The notes under the pieces are model-generated. The model saw only the letters and a program-made list of their open reading frames with translations. It did not search any database and was not told where the DNA came from. A stretch of DNA of 62,409 nt from a virus (Duplodnaviria; Caudoviricetes): the IMG/VR virus record IMGVR_UViG_3300042518_001073, positions 1-62,409 of that record; one strand, given 5' to 3'. A program made the position numbers and the translations under genes. Of this stretch, positions 18,176-27,791 are shown in pieces. Position 1 is the stretch's first letter. Each line of letters opens with the position of its first letter.

Positions 18176-19707
18176 TAGAATGGACTCCTGCCTTTCTTCT
18201 GTTCTGGCGTATCAAACGGGGAATCCTGTCTTTCAAAGCGCGGCATGCGCCAGCAGCGCACGGTGCGGTTCTTGAGAAACAGACTGATCGGCTCGCCACC
18301 GATATCGCGGATACGCTGTGCGATCTTTGGCGACGAGAGGCCCTTGAAGTTGTTGCGCAGAAGGTGCTGGTTCAGATCCTTCATGCGGAAGTACGTCTTG
18401 CCCTCATCATCATTCGTCCACGGGCGACCGAGCAGCATCTCGTCCCGATCCATCGCCTGTTGCAAATGTGTGCAGAACTCCTCGAGCAGGTCATTGAACT
18501 GCCCCGTGACCGTTGTGTCTTCGCTCGCGACCGTGATCTGTTCGGTCTCGACCATCTCGACGAGCAGGGCGTTCAGAAGCTGCTCCCAATCCTGCTTGCG
18601 CACGGCAGGGGGCAGCACGTTCAACTTCTCCACGCATGCCTTTTGAAAGGCGATCTGGTTGAAGAGGCTTTCGGTGTCGAGCTCGATGCGCTTGCCGTTG
18701 ACATCGAGGAACCACAGGGGCGGTTCGCTCGCGTACTTGGAGAGCGCGGAGAGCTGCGGGGAGTCTGGCCCGTGGGCCCCGATCCCGTGTTTGCGAGTCC
18801 TGCACAGGCCGCTATTGCAGAAGGCGTTGAGCGGTGCGTCCTTGCACTTGTACTTGTAGTCCTTCTTGTTGAGCTGCTTGATGATGACCTGGAGCTCGTT
18901 GTTCGGCAGCGGAGGGCTGACGTACTTGAAGTTGTACTCAAGGATCAAGTTGTCCCACGTACCGGGGTGCGCCTTCTTGAGGTATGTGCCGATCGCGAAG
19001 AGCGCGTTGTTCCGTGTTCCTTCGGGAACGCCTTGTGCGCAGATCGCCTGAAGGCACGGCGGCCCGTCCTTGACTGGCGTCTCCGCGGCCTTGGGGGCCT
19101 CGGGGATCTTGAGGTCTTTGTCCTGCACGAACTTGTCGTACAGCGCGTAAAACTCTTCGAGCGTTGCGGCCTTGCCCTCATCGTTGAAGGCGTAGCGCAT
19201 CGTGTCGTCGCCGCCGAAGTACGGCAGGTTCAGGAAGTTCCCGGTATCGCCGCGCTCGACGAGGATCTCCGATTGCTTCGGGAAGATCTCGCGACCGGCC
19301 TCGCCGAGTAACGCCGCCGCGCCCTTGAGATACTTTTGCATCTCGGCAGCAGGGATCGGCTCTTTGGTAAACAGGAATACGTGCGCGCCGCCAGACTTAC
19401 TGCGGCACACGACAAGGGGCAGCTCGAGGCTGCGGATCTTTTTGATCAGCCCAGCATGATCCAGAGGATACTGATCAATATCAATGCATCCCCAAATGCA
19501 GGAATTGTCCGCACGAATAGGGATGATGCCGAGGGAAGGCTCCACACCTTCCAAATGCTTTTGCCAAAGTTCATCGGTTGGGGGCTTGCGAACGACAACG
19601 GCCTTCCCGGCTTGTTTGCCGTTGCCCTTTTCGCCCTCGATTTTGTAGGTTCCATAGGCAATATCCAAGCCCGTGAATATCGCTTTGAACCGTGTGATAT
19701 CGGTCAT
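18175..19707 (-). CDS. AEP-type primase with PriCT-like domain
   Basis: GCIDID, RSKSGGAH, LNLPY, PPCL...EGTRNNALF. Confidence 0.8.
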   Translation of the reverse strand: MTDITRFKAIFTGLDIAYGTYKIEGEKGNGKQAGKAVVVRKPPTDELWQKHLEGVEPSLGIIPIRADNSCIWGCIDIDQYPLDHAGLIKKIRSLELPLVVCRSKSGGAHVFLFTKEPIPAAEMQKYLKGAAALLGEAGREIFPKQSEILVERGDTGNFLNLPYFGGDDTMRYAFNDEGKAATLEEFYALYDKFVQDKDLKIPEAPKAAETPVKDGPPCLQAICAQGVPEGTRNNALFAIGTYLKKAHPGTWDNLILEYNFKYVSPPLPNNELQVIIKQLNKKDYKYKCKDAPLNAFCNSGLCRTRKHGIGAHGPDSPQLSALSKYASEPPLWFLDVNGKRIELDTESLFNQIAFQKACVEKLNVLPPAVRKQDWEQLLNALLVEMVETEQITVASEDTTVTGQFNDLLEEFCTHLQQAMDRDEMLLGRPWTNDDEGKTYFRMKDLNQHLLRNNFKGLSSPKIAQRIRDIGGEPISLFLKNRTVRCWRMPRFERQDSPFDTPEQKKGRSPF

Positions 19708-19784
19708 TTCTGCTTTCTCGAAAGAGGGGGCCTACTAACAATAAGTGGTTGCGGGGATGCATTGCTTTCGGCCCCCGGAAAACA

Positions 19785-20558
19785 TCAGAACGGAACCGCA
19801 CCCGAAGCGGATTCCGCGCCTTCACCTTCGTGCTTCGTCTTCACCTGGCCGGAGCTAACCGACTGGGCAAAAGCCTTTGCAATCTGGTAAACGCCTTCGT
19901 CTTCGACCGTACCGATACGTTCGACTTCCCAACCGAACCACTTGCCCTTGTCGTTCGACTCGGCTTGCGTGGTCAGGCGGTACAACTGCGAGTACATCGG
20001 CGGGGTGAAGAGACCGTTCTTACCCTGCAACTTCACCGACTGCATCATGCTGTTCCACTTGCGGCTCTTCTTGAGCTGCGTGGACTTCATGACGATGAGC
20101 GCCGGCGCAGGTACGCCGTTCTCGTCCACCACCATCACGTAGTGATTGGCTGTGTTCTCGATGTAGTTGCCGTTGTCGAGGTAGTCCTTGTTCTCGCCCG
20201 GTTCGCGATGCGTACGCGACAAGATATCGGAGGTCGACGGGTAGATATGGATCGGAGCGCCCGATCCGCTACCACGCGGAGCCCACTCGATGTACTGACG
20301 CACGTATGCGCACGGGATGACTTGGATGCCCTTCTTACCGTCGTAGAGCTGCCCCGTCACGCTGTTGTAGATCATGCCGGGAAGGGCCCCGTCAATCTCG
20401 CCGACTTCCGGCGACGTGTTGGTGAGAAGGCGCAGGAACGGCAGGGCGAAGTCGTCCTGGTTCATGCCAGCAAAGCTGCTGCTGGCATCCTCCTCAAACG
20501 CGGTGGCGATGGCCAGAGCGGTGCCCTGGGTCTTTTCTGCAAGTGCTGATTTAGCCAT
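19785..20558 (-). CDS. Putative ssDNA-binding protein
   Basis: LPFLRLL...MKSTQLKKSRKWNS; acidic tail ending VPF; located in the replication operon. Confidence 0.65.
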   Translation of the reverse strand: MAKSALAEKTQGTALAIATAFEEDASSSFAGMNQDDFALPFLRLLTNTSPEVGEIDGALPGMIYNSVTGQLYDGKKGIQVIPCAYVRQYIEWAPRGSGSGAPIHIYPSTSDILSRTHREPGENKDYLDNGNYIENTANHYVMVVDENGVPAPALIVMKSTQLKKSRKWNSMMQSVKLQGKNGLFTPPMYSQLYRLTTQAESNDKGKWFGWEVERIGTVEDEGVYQIAKAFAQSVSSGQVKTKHEGEGAESASGAVPF

Positions 20559-20578
20559 TTGTATTGGTCCTTGGTTAA

Positions 20579-21133
20579 TTAAGATTTAATCGTCGCTTTT
20601 TTGCCGATGAAGGCACCAAACAGTTCCGTGGGGAACTCTTGGCCACGCTCCACCCGCTCCTTGACCCAGGCCTTGAGGGTCTGGGGTTCTATCTTCTCGG
20701 ACTGATCGGCCGGATAGCCTTGCTGCCCGAGTAGATTCAGTAGACGAGCGCAAAGCTCGTCCTCGCCGCGGCCGAAACGGACGCTGACGGTGTTCTTGAT
20801 GATGTCGTCAAAGCCGTGGTCACGAAGCCACTGGAAGGCTTCCGCGCGTCGGGCTTCGCTGATTGAAGCACTGTAGAAGGGCTTGATGTCGATCGAGCTG
20901 CCGTCGTCCATACGGAACGACGTCATCCCGAGCTCGGCAAGCGCCTCTGGCAGGGCTTCTTCTGTGATCTTACGGAACTGGGACTTAAGCTCCTTGAGCG
21001 TGTCCTCCTGATCCGCGATCTCCTTCTCGATCTGCTTGGCGCGACGCGCCAGAGCCGAGATTCCCGAGAGCTGGTCGTTTCCGACTTTCAGCGCATCGGC
21101 TTCACTTTCAAATAAGCTCGTAAGGCTCATCAT
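20579..21133 (-). CDS. Conserved phage replication-module protein (gp33-like)
   Basis: AFQWLRDHGFDDIIK...PQTLKAWVKE. Confidence 0.7.
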   Translation of the reverse strand: MMSLTSLFESEADALKVGNDQLSGISALARRAKQIEKEIADQEDTLKELKSQFRKITEEALPEALAELGMTSFRMDDGSSIDIKPFYSASISEARRAEAFQWLRDHGFDDIIKNTVSVRFGRGEDELCARLLNLLGQQGYPADQSEKIEPQTLKAWVKERVERGQEFPTELFGAFIGKKATIKS

Positions 21134-21452
21134 GTTCTCCTTTCTTGAAAAGATCCACCTCGAGCGGGATGTAGCGGCGTTCCCGCTTATCCCACTTGAG
21201 ACACTTGAAACGACCATTGTTTTTGAATGCCGCTACAGCACAACAGATGCCTATCGCTGACGGGTCACCGATGAGGAGCAGATAGTCCGCATCGGTAAAC
21301 TTGTCGAGCTTCCGCTGGATCCGACGCACGGTCGGCATCACGGAAAAGGCTATCTGTGCATTGGGCGGCAGAATGGTCTCAATCTGGCCGTAATCGAGAG
21401 CACTTGCAATGTTGTGCTGCAAAGTCTCGGAAACGACATACACCGTAGGCAC
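21108..21452 (-). CDS. Conserved hypothetical protein
   Basis: VYVVSE...DYLLLIGDP...LKWDKRERRY. Confidence 0.7.
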   Translation of the reverse strand: MPTVYVVSETLQHNIASALDYGQIETILPPNAQIAFSVMPTVRRIQRKLDKFTDADYLLLIGDPSAIGICCAVAAFKNNGRFKCLKWDKRERRYIPLEVDLFKKGEHDEPYELI

Positions 21453-21483
21453 TGATATTTCTCCTTTCTCAAAACCCGGGGCC

Positions 21484-21512
21484 AGTGTAGACTCGCGCTT
21501 CAGGGATTGCAA
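21484..21512 (-). promoter_or_regulatory. Sigma70-type promoter of the replication operon
   Basis: TTGCAA-N17-TACACT at the divergence point. Confidence 0.7.
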
Positions 21513-21536
21513 GCCCTGTTAGAAAGCGAGAGGAAC

Positions 21537-22988
21537 ATGAGCCAATTCTTACAGACGTATCGGTTTAAAAACAAGCCTTTTGTTCACCAAGCAGCGTACC
21601 TACAACGCTTTTGGGATCATCGAGTAGCTGCATTATTTGCAGATACCGGCACAGGCAAGAGCTACATGCTCATCAACAACATTGCGATGTTGTATGACCA
21701 AGGCCGCATCAATGCGGCATTGATCGTCGCGCCGAAAGGTGTGTATCGCAATTGGTTGCGAGTGGAAATTCCAAAACACCTTCCCGAGCACGTTGTACAT
21801 CGTGTAGCGCTGTGGACTCCAGCACCACGCAAAGCAGAACAGCAGGCGCTTGATTCATTGTTCGAGATCACTGAAGACCTGAAGATCTTGATCATGAACA
21901 TCGAAGCATTCTCCACGCCTAAAGGCACTGCATTTGCCAAGCGGTTTCTGCTCGTTCACAACGCAATGATGGCGATCGATGAAAGCACGACCATCAAGAA
22001 CCACACGGCAAAACGTGCAAAAAACACTGTAAAAATAGGCAAAGAAGCTAAGTACCGACGGATCATGACGGGCTCTCCTGTGACAAAGAGTCCGATGGAT
22101 CTTTACCAACAATGCGAGTTCCTGTCGCCAGACTGCCTAGATTCACCGAGCTTTTATTCGTTCCAGGCGCGATATGCGCACGTCATTGAAAGGCGACTAG
22201 CCTCGCATTCCTTCAAACAGGTTGTTGGGTATCAACGTCTTGATGAACTCAAAGAAAAAGTAGATCGCTTTAGTTTTCGTGTGCGCAAGGATGAATGCTT
22301 TGATTTGCCAGACAAGATATTTTTGAAGCGTGAGGTTGAACTTAGTCCAGAACAGCGTCGCGCGTATGATCAAATGGTAAAGGCCGCGCTTGCTACTTTT
22401 GAGCAGGGCATGACTACAACGGTAAACGTGCTTACGCAGATCATGCGCCTACAGCAAATCGTATGCGGGCATGTCACGCTTGACAACGGCCAGATCGTAT
22501 CACTGCGAAATAACCGCATGGATGAACTGTTAGCGGCCACCGAAGAATCCGACGGAAAGATCATCATTTGGGCGCACTTTCGGCAGGACATTGAGGCTAT
22601 CAAGTTGCTGCTTTCAAAACAGTATGGGATGGAGTCCGTGGCGACTTACTTTGGGGACACGGAGGGGGAAGAAAGAGCCGAGATTGTGGCGAGATTCCAG
22701 GATCCAGATAGTGGACTGCGGTTTTTTGTCGGTCAGCCGAGGACAGGGGGGTACGGCCTTACCCTGACCGCTGCGCATACGATGATTTATTACTCAAATA
22801 GCTATGACCTTGAAGTACGACTGCAATCAGAGGCGCGGATCGATCGTTATGGTCAGACCAACAAAATGACCTATATCGACCTCATGGCCCCGGACACCGT
22901 GGACGAAAAGATCGTCGAAGCCCTTCAAAAGAAGATGGATATTGCCAATCTCGTCCTTGGGGAAAAGGCCCGTGACTGGATCAAGTGA
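21537..22988 (+). CDS. SNF2-family helicase
   Basis: DTGTGKS, IDES, TGSP, GGYGLTL, QSEARIDRYGQ. Confidence 0.9.
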   Translation: MSQFLQTYRFKNKPFVHQAAYLQRFWDHRVAALFADTGTGKSYMLINNIAMLYDQGRINAALIVAPKGVYRNWLRVEIPKHLPEHVVHRVALWTPAPRKAEQQALDSLFEITEDLKILIMNIEAFSTPKGTAFAKRFLLVHNAMMAIDESTTIKNHTAKRAKNTVKIGKEAKYRRIMTGSPVTKSPMDLYQQCEFLSPDCLDSPSFYSFQARYAHVIERRLASHSFKQVVGYQRLDELKEKVDRFSFRVRKDECFDLPDKIFLKREVELSPEQRRAYDQMVKAALATFEQGMTTTVNVLTQIMRLQQIVCGHVTLDNGQIVSLRNNRMDELLAATEESDGKIIIWAHFRQDIEAIKLLLSKQYGMESVATYFGDTEGEERAEIVARFQDPDSGLRFFVGQPRTGGYGLTLTAAHTMIYYSNSYDLEVRLQSEARIDRYGQTNKMTYIDLMAPDTVDEKIVEALQKKMDIANLVLGEKARDWIK

Positions 22989-23028
22989 CATGTGGTAGGA
23001 TTGTCTTATCACATGTCGCGAGGGATTT

Positions 23029-23517
23029 ATGGCAAAGAAACACGGGCACACACGAGCCAGGAATGGCCGATGGTCGCGGATTTACATCCGTTTTATGAAT
23101 CTTAAAGCTAGGTGTTTGCGCCCAAGTGACCCTGATTACGTCCGTTACGGGGCCCGAGGGATCACTGTCTGTGAGCGGTGGTTACACGGGGAGGATGGGC
23201 TAACCGGCTTTGAATGCTTTCTTGCCGACATGGGGGAGCCCCCGTTTGAGCAGGCAAGTATTGACCGCATAGACACCACAAAAGGTTACACCCCTGAGAA
23301 CTGTCGTTGGGCATCAGCCAAAGAGCAGGGAAACAATCGTCGAACGAATCGATGGGTCGAGATTGACGGAGTGAAGCACACCGTACAGCAGTGGGCAGAC
23401 ATCAGCGGGGTCGGCCCAAAAACTATCACCTATCGGCTAAATCAGGGAATTCCTCCCAAGGCCGCTGTTTTCACCCTACCGGACCATGCCAGGCGTTGGG
23501 CAAAGGAGACTTTGTGA
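23029..23517 (+). CDS. Free-standing HNH-like homing endonuclease
   Basis: YGARGITVCERW, FLADMG, SIDRID..KGY.PENCRWA..EQGNNRR. Confidence 0.85.
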   Translation: MAKKHGHTRARNGRWSRIYIRFMNLKARCLRPSDPDYVRYGARGITVCERWLHGEDGLTGFECFLADMGEPPFEQASIDRIDTTKGYTPENCRWASAKEQGNNRRTNRWVEIDGVKHTVQQWADISGVGPKTITYRLNQGIPPKAAVFTLPDHARRWAKETL

Positions 23518-24230
23518 TTGACCTAATCCCGATCAGAAAGCTTTACAAGTACGAAAGACTCGAGCGGATCGACGCCCCAGAAGGCCGGCGATACCTGGAC
23601 GGTAATGCGGTCGCGTTGCCAAGCGTGACCACGATCCTGTCTGGCACGAAGGATAAGTCTGGCCTTGAGGCGTGGGCCGCGAAGGTTGGTGAGGCCGAAG
23701 CGAACCGGATCCGTAACGAAGCGGCTGCGGTCGGCACTCATATGCACAACGTCATCGAGCGTATGGTGGCGTACAGAGACCTTCCGCGACCGACGAACTG
23801 GCTCATGATCAAGGGCTACGAGATGGGCTATCGGCTCGTGAACGAGTACTTTCGGAACCTGGATGAGATCTGGGGCTCCGAAGTAAGTCTGCACTACCCC
23901 GGAAAGTACGCGGGAACGACGGATCTTGTCGGCGTGTACCGCGGCAATCCCTCGATCATCGACTTCAAGCAGTCGCTAAAGCCGAAGAAGCACGAGTGGA
24001 TCCAGGACTACTTCCACCAGCTTGCCGCGTACGCGCTGGCGCACGATGTGGTGCATGGCACCACAATCAAACACGGTTACGTGCTGATTGCGCTGCAATC
24101 AGGCGGCACTCAGGAGTTCAGTACGACAGGCTCCGAGTTCGATCGCTACAAGGACGAATGGCTGAAGCGCGTCGAGGCGTTTAGCCAGGCATCGGCGGCG
24201 TCCCCGCCTGAACCGCAGCCGCTCCCATAA
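23514..24230 (+). CDS. PD-(D/E)XK exonuclease
   Basis: LPSVTTIL, GTHMH, E...YAGTTD...IIDFKQS...QLAAY. Confidence 0.88.
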   Translation: MIDLIPIRKLYKYERLERIDAPEGRRYLDGNAVALPSVTTILSGTKDKSGLEAWAAKVGEAEANRIRNEAAAVGTHMHNVIERMVAYRDLPRPTNWLMIKGYEMGYRLVNEYFRNLDEIWGSEVSLHYPGKYAGTTDLVGVYRGNPSIIDFKQSLKPKKHEWIQDYFHQLAAYALAHDVVHGTTIKHGYVLIALQSGGTQEFSTTGSEFDRYKDEWLKRVEAFSQASAASPPEPQPLP

Positions 24231-27200
24231 TCGCGTCGTTCGGGAAGAGCTGCTGGAGCATCATCCGGCTCTGAGAGGTCGGCGGAGCTCCGCCGCCTCC
24301 ACCAGCCGGGGGCGCGCCACCCGCCGGAGGGGGATTTAGGCCAGGCACGCCACGCGTTGTGGGAGCTGGCGGCGCTGTGCGAATACGGCGGGCTTCATCG
24401 CGACGGCGCTGGACGTCTGCTTGACGCTCTTCGGTGACGTTCAATGCAGGGATCGTAGCGCGCTGGCCGTATCCGACGAGGATACCTGCGGCATTGAACT
24501 GCTGCTGTAGGTCGCGCAAGAACGCGAGTTTTTCCTGATCCGTGCGGCCTTTGCGCAAGAGCGCAGCCATGAGTTTTGGATCGGCGGCCGCTTCACGCAA
24601 GCCCGCAAGGGCATTGAGCCGTGGCATTTGATTGAATAGCTGTTGCGCAGTGTTCGACACCGCACTGGCCGCGGCAAGGGAGCCGGGGCCGGACGGGATC
24701 GCGGCCGAGCTGCCGTGCAGCGCGAGCCAACGAACGGCAAACACTTCAAGCGGGTTACCGCCAGAGAGCACGTTCTCGATAAAAAGTCGATTGTTCTTGG
24801 CATCGTCGATGCGGCGCATCGTGCCGAGCATGCGACGAATGTTCTTGACCTCATCGCTCGTCATCAGCCCTTGCGTGCGCAGAAGGTTGACGATCGAGGG
24901 CTGCCCCGGCGCAAGCGGCTTGAAAAGATTGTCGTCAAACGCCTTGACGCTGAACTGATTGCCCGTGCCGCCGGCCTTAGTGTAGGCCCACTCAAAGATG
25001 GACGACTTCAAACCGTTGAGTGCGGACTTTGAATTCTGCGCACTGTTCGCCACATTGATGACGCGGCGCAGATCCGTTACCGGCGTGCGGCTGGCCAGAA
25101 TGTCTGAGATTGCCGCGGTCGGATTTTCGCCACCGGCAAGCACCGTAGCAAAGTCCTGTTGATCGCGAACCTGGCGTGCCGCTGCGCTATTGGGATCCTT
25201 TAGTGCCGCAAATGCGTTCTCCGCATCCAGCGCGGTCTTGAGATCGTTCTTAAGCGAACCGAATTTGTTGAGAGTGGCCTCGTTGCGGGCCATCCAATTG
25301 GCAAGTCCTTGCGCATTTACGCGACCCGTTTGCGGGTTCACGACCGTCGGATCCGTCATAGCGATGCGCAACACGCGATCCATTGCATCCGTAACGGATA
25401 CAACACGCTCGCGCGAAAGCTCCGCCAACGGGCGCAGCTCTTCGAGCTGTTGTTTGACGATGCCGATCTGACGTGCAGGAGCTTTGGCCGCGCGAAGCTG
25501 CACGAGCTGTTGGCTTAACGCCTCGAACTGCTGGTTAAAGAAGCCTACGGCATCTTCGACTTGTTCCATGCGAGCGTACGTTAGGTCGCTGTTGCGACCA
25601 AACATCTGGCTTACCAAAACCTCGGCAGGAATACGTTCTGCGCCGGCCTTGGTCACCGCCGTGATGTCACGTGCGTAGCTGCGGGTGAAGCTGTCGTTCA
25701 GTGACTTCGAGAACTGACGAGCACGATCGTACGCCCTGGTGTTGAGCTGCGAGAAGTCATCGAGGATGGACTCCGCCAGCATGCCGTAGATACGAGCATC
25801 GTTGGGGGATCGCTGGTTCTTGCTGGAAGCCGAGTCACGGGCCCAACCAAGCAGGTCGCTACGAATACGAATGAGCTCATCCACATCCGTCTTGTTGCCA
25901 AGCGGCAAGAAGACAGGCTTGTAGTTACGAGCTTGACGGACGCCGCCGATGAGGTACTCATCAGGTACGCGGCCAGTCTCCAGATACTCTGGCGTGCGCA
26001 TGCCTCGTTTGTACGAAGCGATCGCGTAGTCATTGACGCCAAGACGCGCCATGATCGAGCGAATCTCAGACGGCATTGCCGCATAGCGCTCGGGCGTCAT
26101 GTTGGAGACTACATCCAGGAACGAAGTCAACGTCTTCTTGGGAACAACCTGTTTGGGCACGATCTGCCCAGCACGAACTTTCGTGCTCTGTTGATAGGCC
26201 TGACGCCACAGAAGCTTTTCGTAGTCGCGAGCTTCGCCCAGCGCTTCATCCACATTTCGCTTGATGACATCGCCGATCAATTGACGATTAGCAGGCGTAT
26301 CTCGTGAGATACGGGACACGGCATCCGCTGCGGTGCGTTCGGCTGCACCGATACGACCGAGAATCATCGAGTCGTAGAGTTGAGCCTGCATTTCAGCAGC
26401 CGTGCGCAGGGCCACAGGGCTGCCAATGTTCTGCAACGCGCCGATCAGTGCCTGTTGTGCGCGTAAGGCAGACTTTGCCTGCTCGGAAACCTTCGCGCGG
26501 AATGCAGCATCGCCCCGGGCAAGGCTCTCTTCGAGGAGAGCGAGTCCCGGATCGCCTGTCGCTTGGGCCGCGGTCGGTCGTGCTTCAGGCGGGAAGTTTG
26601 CCTCAAGCTGACGAATGAGGTTCTTGTAGTAGCGATCGCGCAAAACCTGTGCACGTGCCAAGGCATCGGGCGTGCCGAGTTGCTCGAGCTCTTTGATCGG
26701 CGCTGACTCTTTCAGCGTGTTGTCGAGAATGCTGTAAAGACGATTTGCACGGGCCGTATCCACGGCCGAATCGCTGAACTTTTGTCCGATCAGATTCTTC
26801 GTGACGTTGTAGCCCGTTGTAATGCCGTTCAACAACAGTCGACCTGGCGTAAACACGCTCGCGCCAAACTCAGACGCAAAGCGCATGCCTGCGTCGCCGG
26901 GGTAGAACGCCTCGGAGGCGCCGCCTGCCGTGCCTGCGGCACCTGCGGTCAGTGCTTCGGCTCCGAGATAAGCTCTTGGATTGCGCTTGGCGAGTTCCGC
27001 GCTGTAATCAATGATTTTGTAGATACGAGAGGCAGTACCATTGCCTACATACACAGCAGAAGGCGCACGCAGAAGCAGTGCCGAGGGGGCACCTGCTGCA
27101 ATGCCGCCCGCAGTGATTGCACCTTCACGATAGGGGACAAGTTCTTCACGCGGCGGGGCCGGGAAAAAGTCGGCTATCGTATCGCCGAGCAGATATGTGC

Positions 27201-27789
27201 CGCCGTACGCTCCAGCCGCGGCGACAAAAGGAATAAGCTTTGCTTGTGGCACAGGCACCAGTGCTGCAACGGGCAGCGTGGCGTTATAGGCCGCAGTTGC
27301 TGCATAAGCAGGAGTGCCGTAACGAACAGCTCCCTCCGTTAGGCCAAGACCTATCTGCCCAGCTTTCTCTCCAAAGGTGGGAGAGATAGCCATCAAGGAA
27401 TCAGGTAGCGGGGGGACGTTCTCACGAAGAGGATCCGTGATTACTCCTAGCAATGAATCAGTGCCGGACTCCGTAACGGGAACAAGGCTTGGGGGGAGTA
27501 CGGCAGCCGAGGGCGCAGCCACTGAAGGCCCTTGGTCCGTGGTCGGCGCAGCTTGATCAAACGTCTGATCGCCAATGCGCGTAACGGTTACATCGGGTTG
27601 CGCAGAGGCCTGCCTGATGTTCCCAAGCTGGGAGAACAATGCCTGTCGTTTGTCTTCTGGAAGCGTGTTGAAAGTCTCCGCATTCATCGCGAACTGCGGA
27701 TCGAGGCCCATGCCGGACATGTATCCGCGTACAGCAGATACGTCATCCGGCGTCATGTCCTCAAAACGAAAACGACCTGGCGTTGCCAT
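24181..27789 (-). CDS. Large internal virion/ejection protein
   Basis: 1202 aa Ala-rich helical protein; last gene of the ejection cluster. Confidence 0.7.
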   Translation of the reverse strand: MATPGRFRFEDMTPDDVSAVRGYMSGMGLDPQFAMNAETFNTLPEDKRQALFSQLGNIRQASAQPDVTVTRIGDQTFDQAAPTTDQGPSVAAPSAAVLPPSLVPVTESGTDSLLGVITDPLRENVPPLPDSLMAISPTFGEKAGQIGLGLTEGAVRYGTPAYAATAAYNATLPVAALVPVPQAKLIPFVAAAGAYGGTYLLGDTIADFFPAPPREELVPYREGAITAGGIAAGAPSALLLRAPSAVYVGNGTASRIYKIIDYSAELAKRNPRAYLGAEALTAGAAGTAGGASEAFYPGDAGMRFASEFGASVFTPGRLLLNGITTGYNVTKNLIGQKFSDSAVDTARANRLYSILDNTLKESAPIKELEQLGTPDALARAQVLRDRYYKNLIRQLEANFPPEARPTAAQATGDPGLALLEESLARGDAAFRAKVSEQAKSALRAQQALIGALQNIGSPVALRTAAEMQAQLYDSMILGRIGAAERTAADAVSRISRDTPANRQLIGDVIKRNVDEALGEARDYEKLLWRQAYQQSTKVRAGQIVPKQVVPKKTLTSFLDVVSNMTPERYAAMPSEIRSIMARLGVNDYAIASYKRGMRTPEYLETGRVPDEYLIGGVRQARNYKPVFLPLGNKTDVDELIRIRSDLLGWARDSASSKNQRSPNDARIYGMLAESILDDFSQLNTRAYDRARQFSKSLNDSFTRSYARDITAVTKAGAERIPAEVLVSQMFGRNSDLTYARMEQVEDAVGFFNQQFEALSQQLVQLRAAKAPARQIGIVKQQLEELRPLAELSRERVVSVTDAMDRVLRIAMTDPTVVNPQTGRVNAQGLANWMARNEATLNKFGSLKNDLKTALDAENAFAALKDPNSAAARQVRDQQDFATVLAGGENPTAAISDILASRTPVTDLRRVINVANSAQNSKSALNGLKSSIFEWAYTKAGGTGNQFSVKAFDDNLFKPLAPGQPSIVNLLRTQGLMTSDEVKNIRRMLGTMRRIDDAKNNRLFIENVLSGGNPLEVFAVRWLALHGSSAAIPSGPGSLAAASAVSNTAQQLFNQMPRLNALAGLREAAADPKLMAALLRKGRTDQEKLAFLRDLQQQFNAAGILVGYGQRATIPALNVTEERQADVQRRRDEARRIRTAPPAPTTRGVPGLNPPPAGGAPPAGGGGGAPPTSQSRMMLQQLFPNDAIMGAAAVQAGTPPMPG

Positions 27790-27791
27790 TC

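Noticed and set aside
24181-24230. 50-bp convergent gene overlap as a regulatory feature
   Set aside because: Both overlapping tails are low-complexity, and such overlaps are common in compact phage genomes
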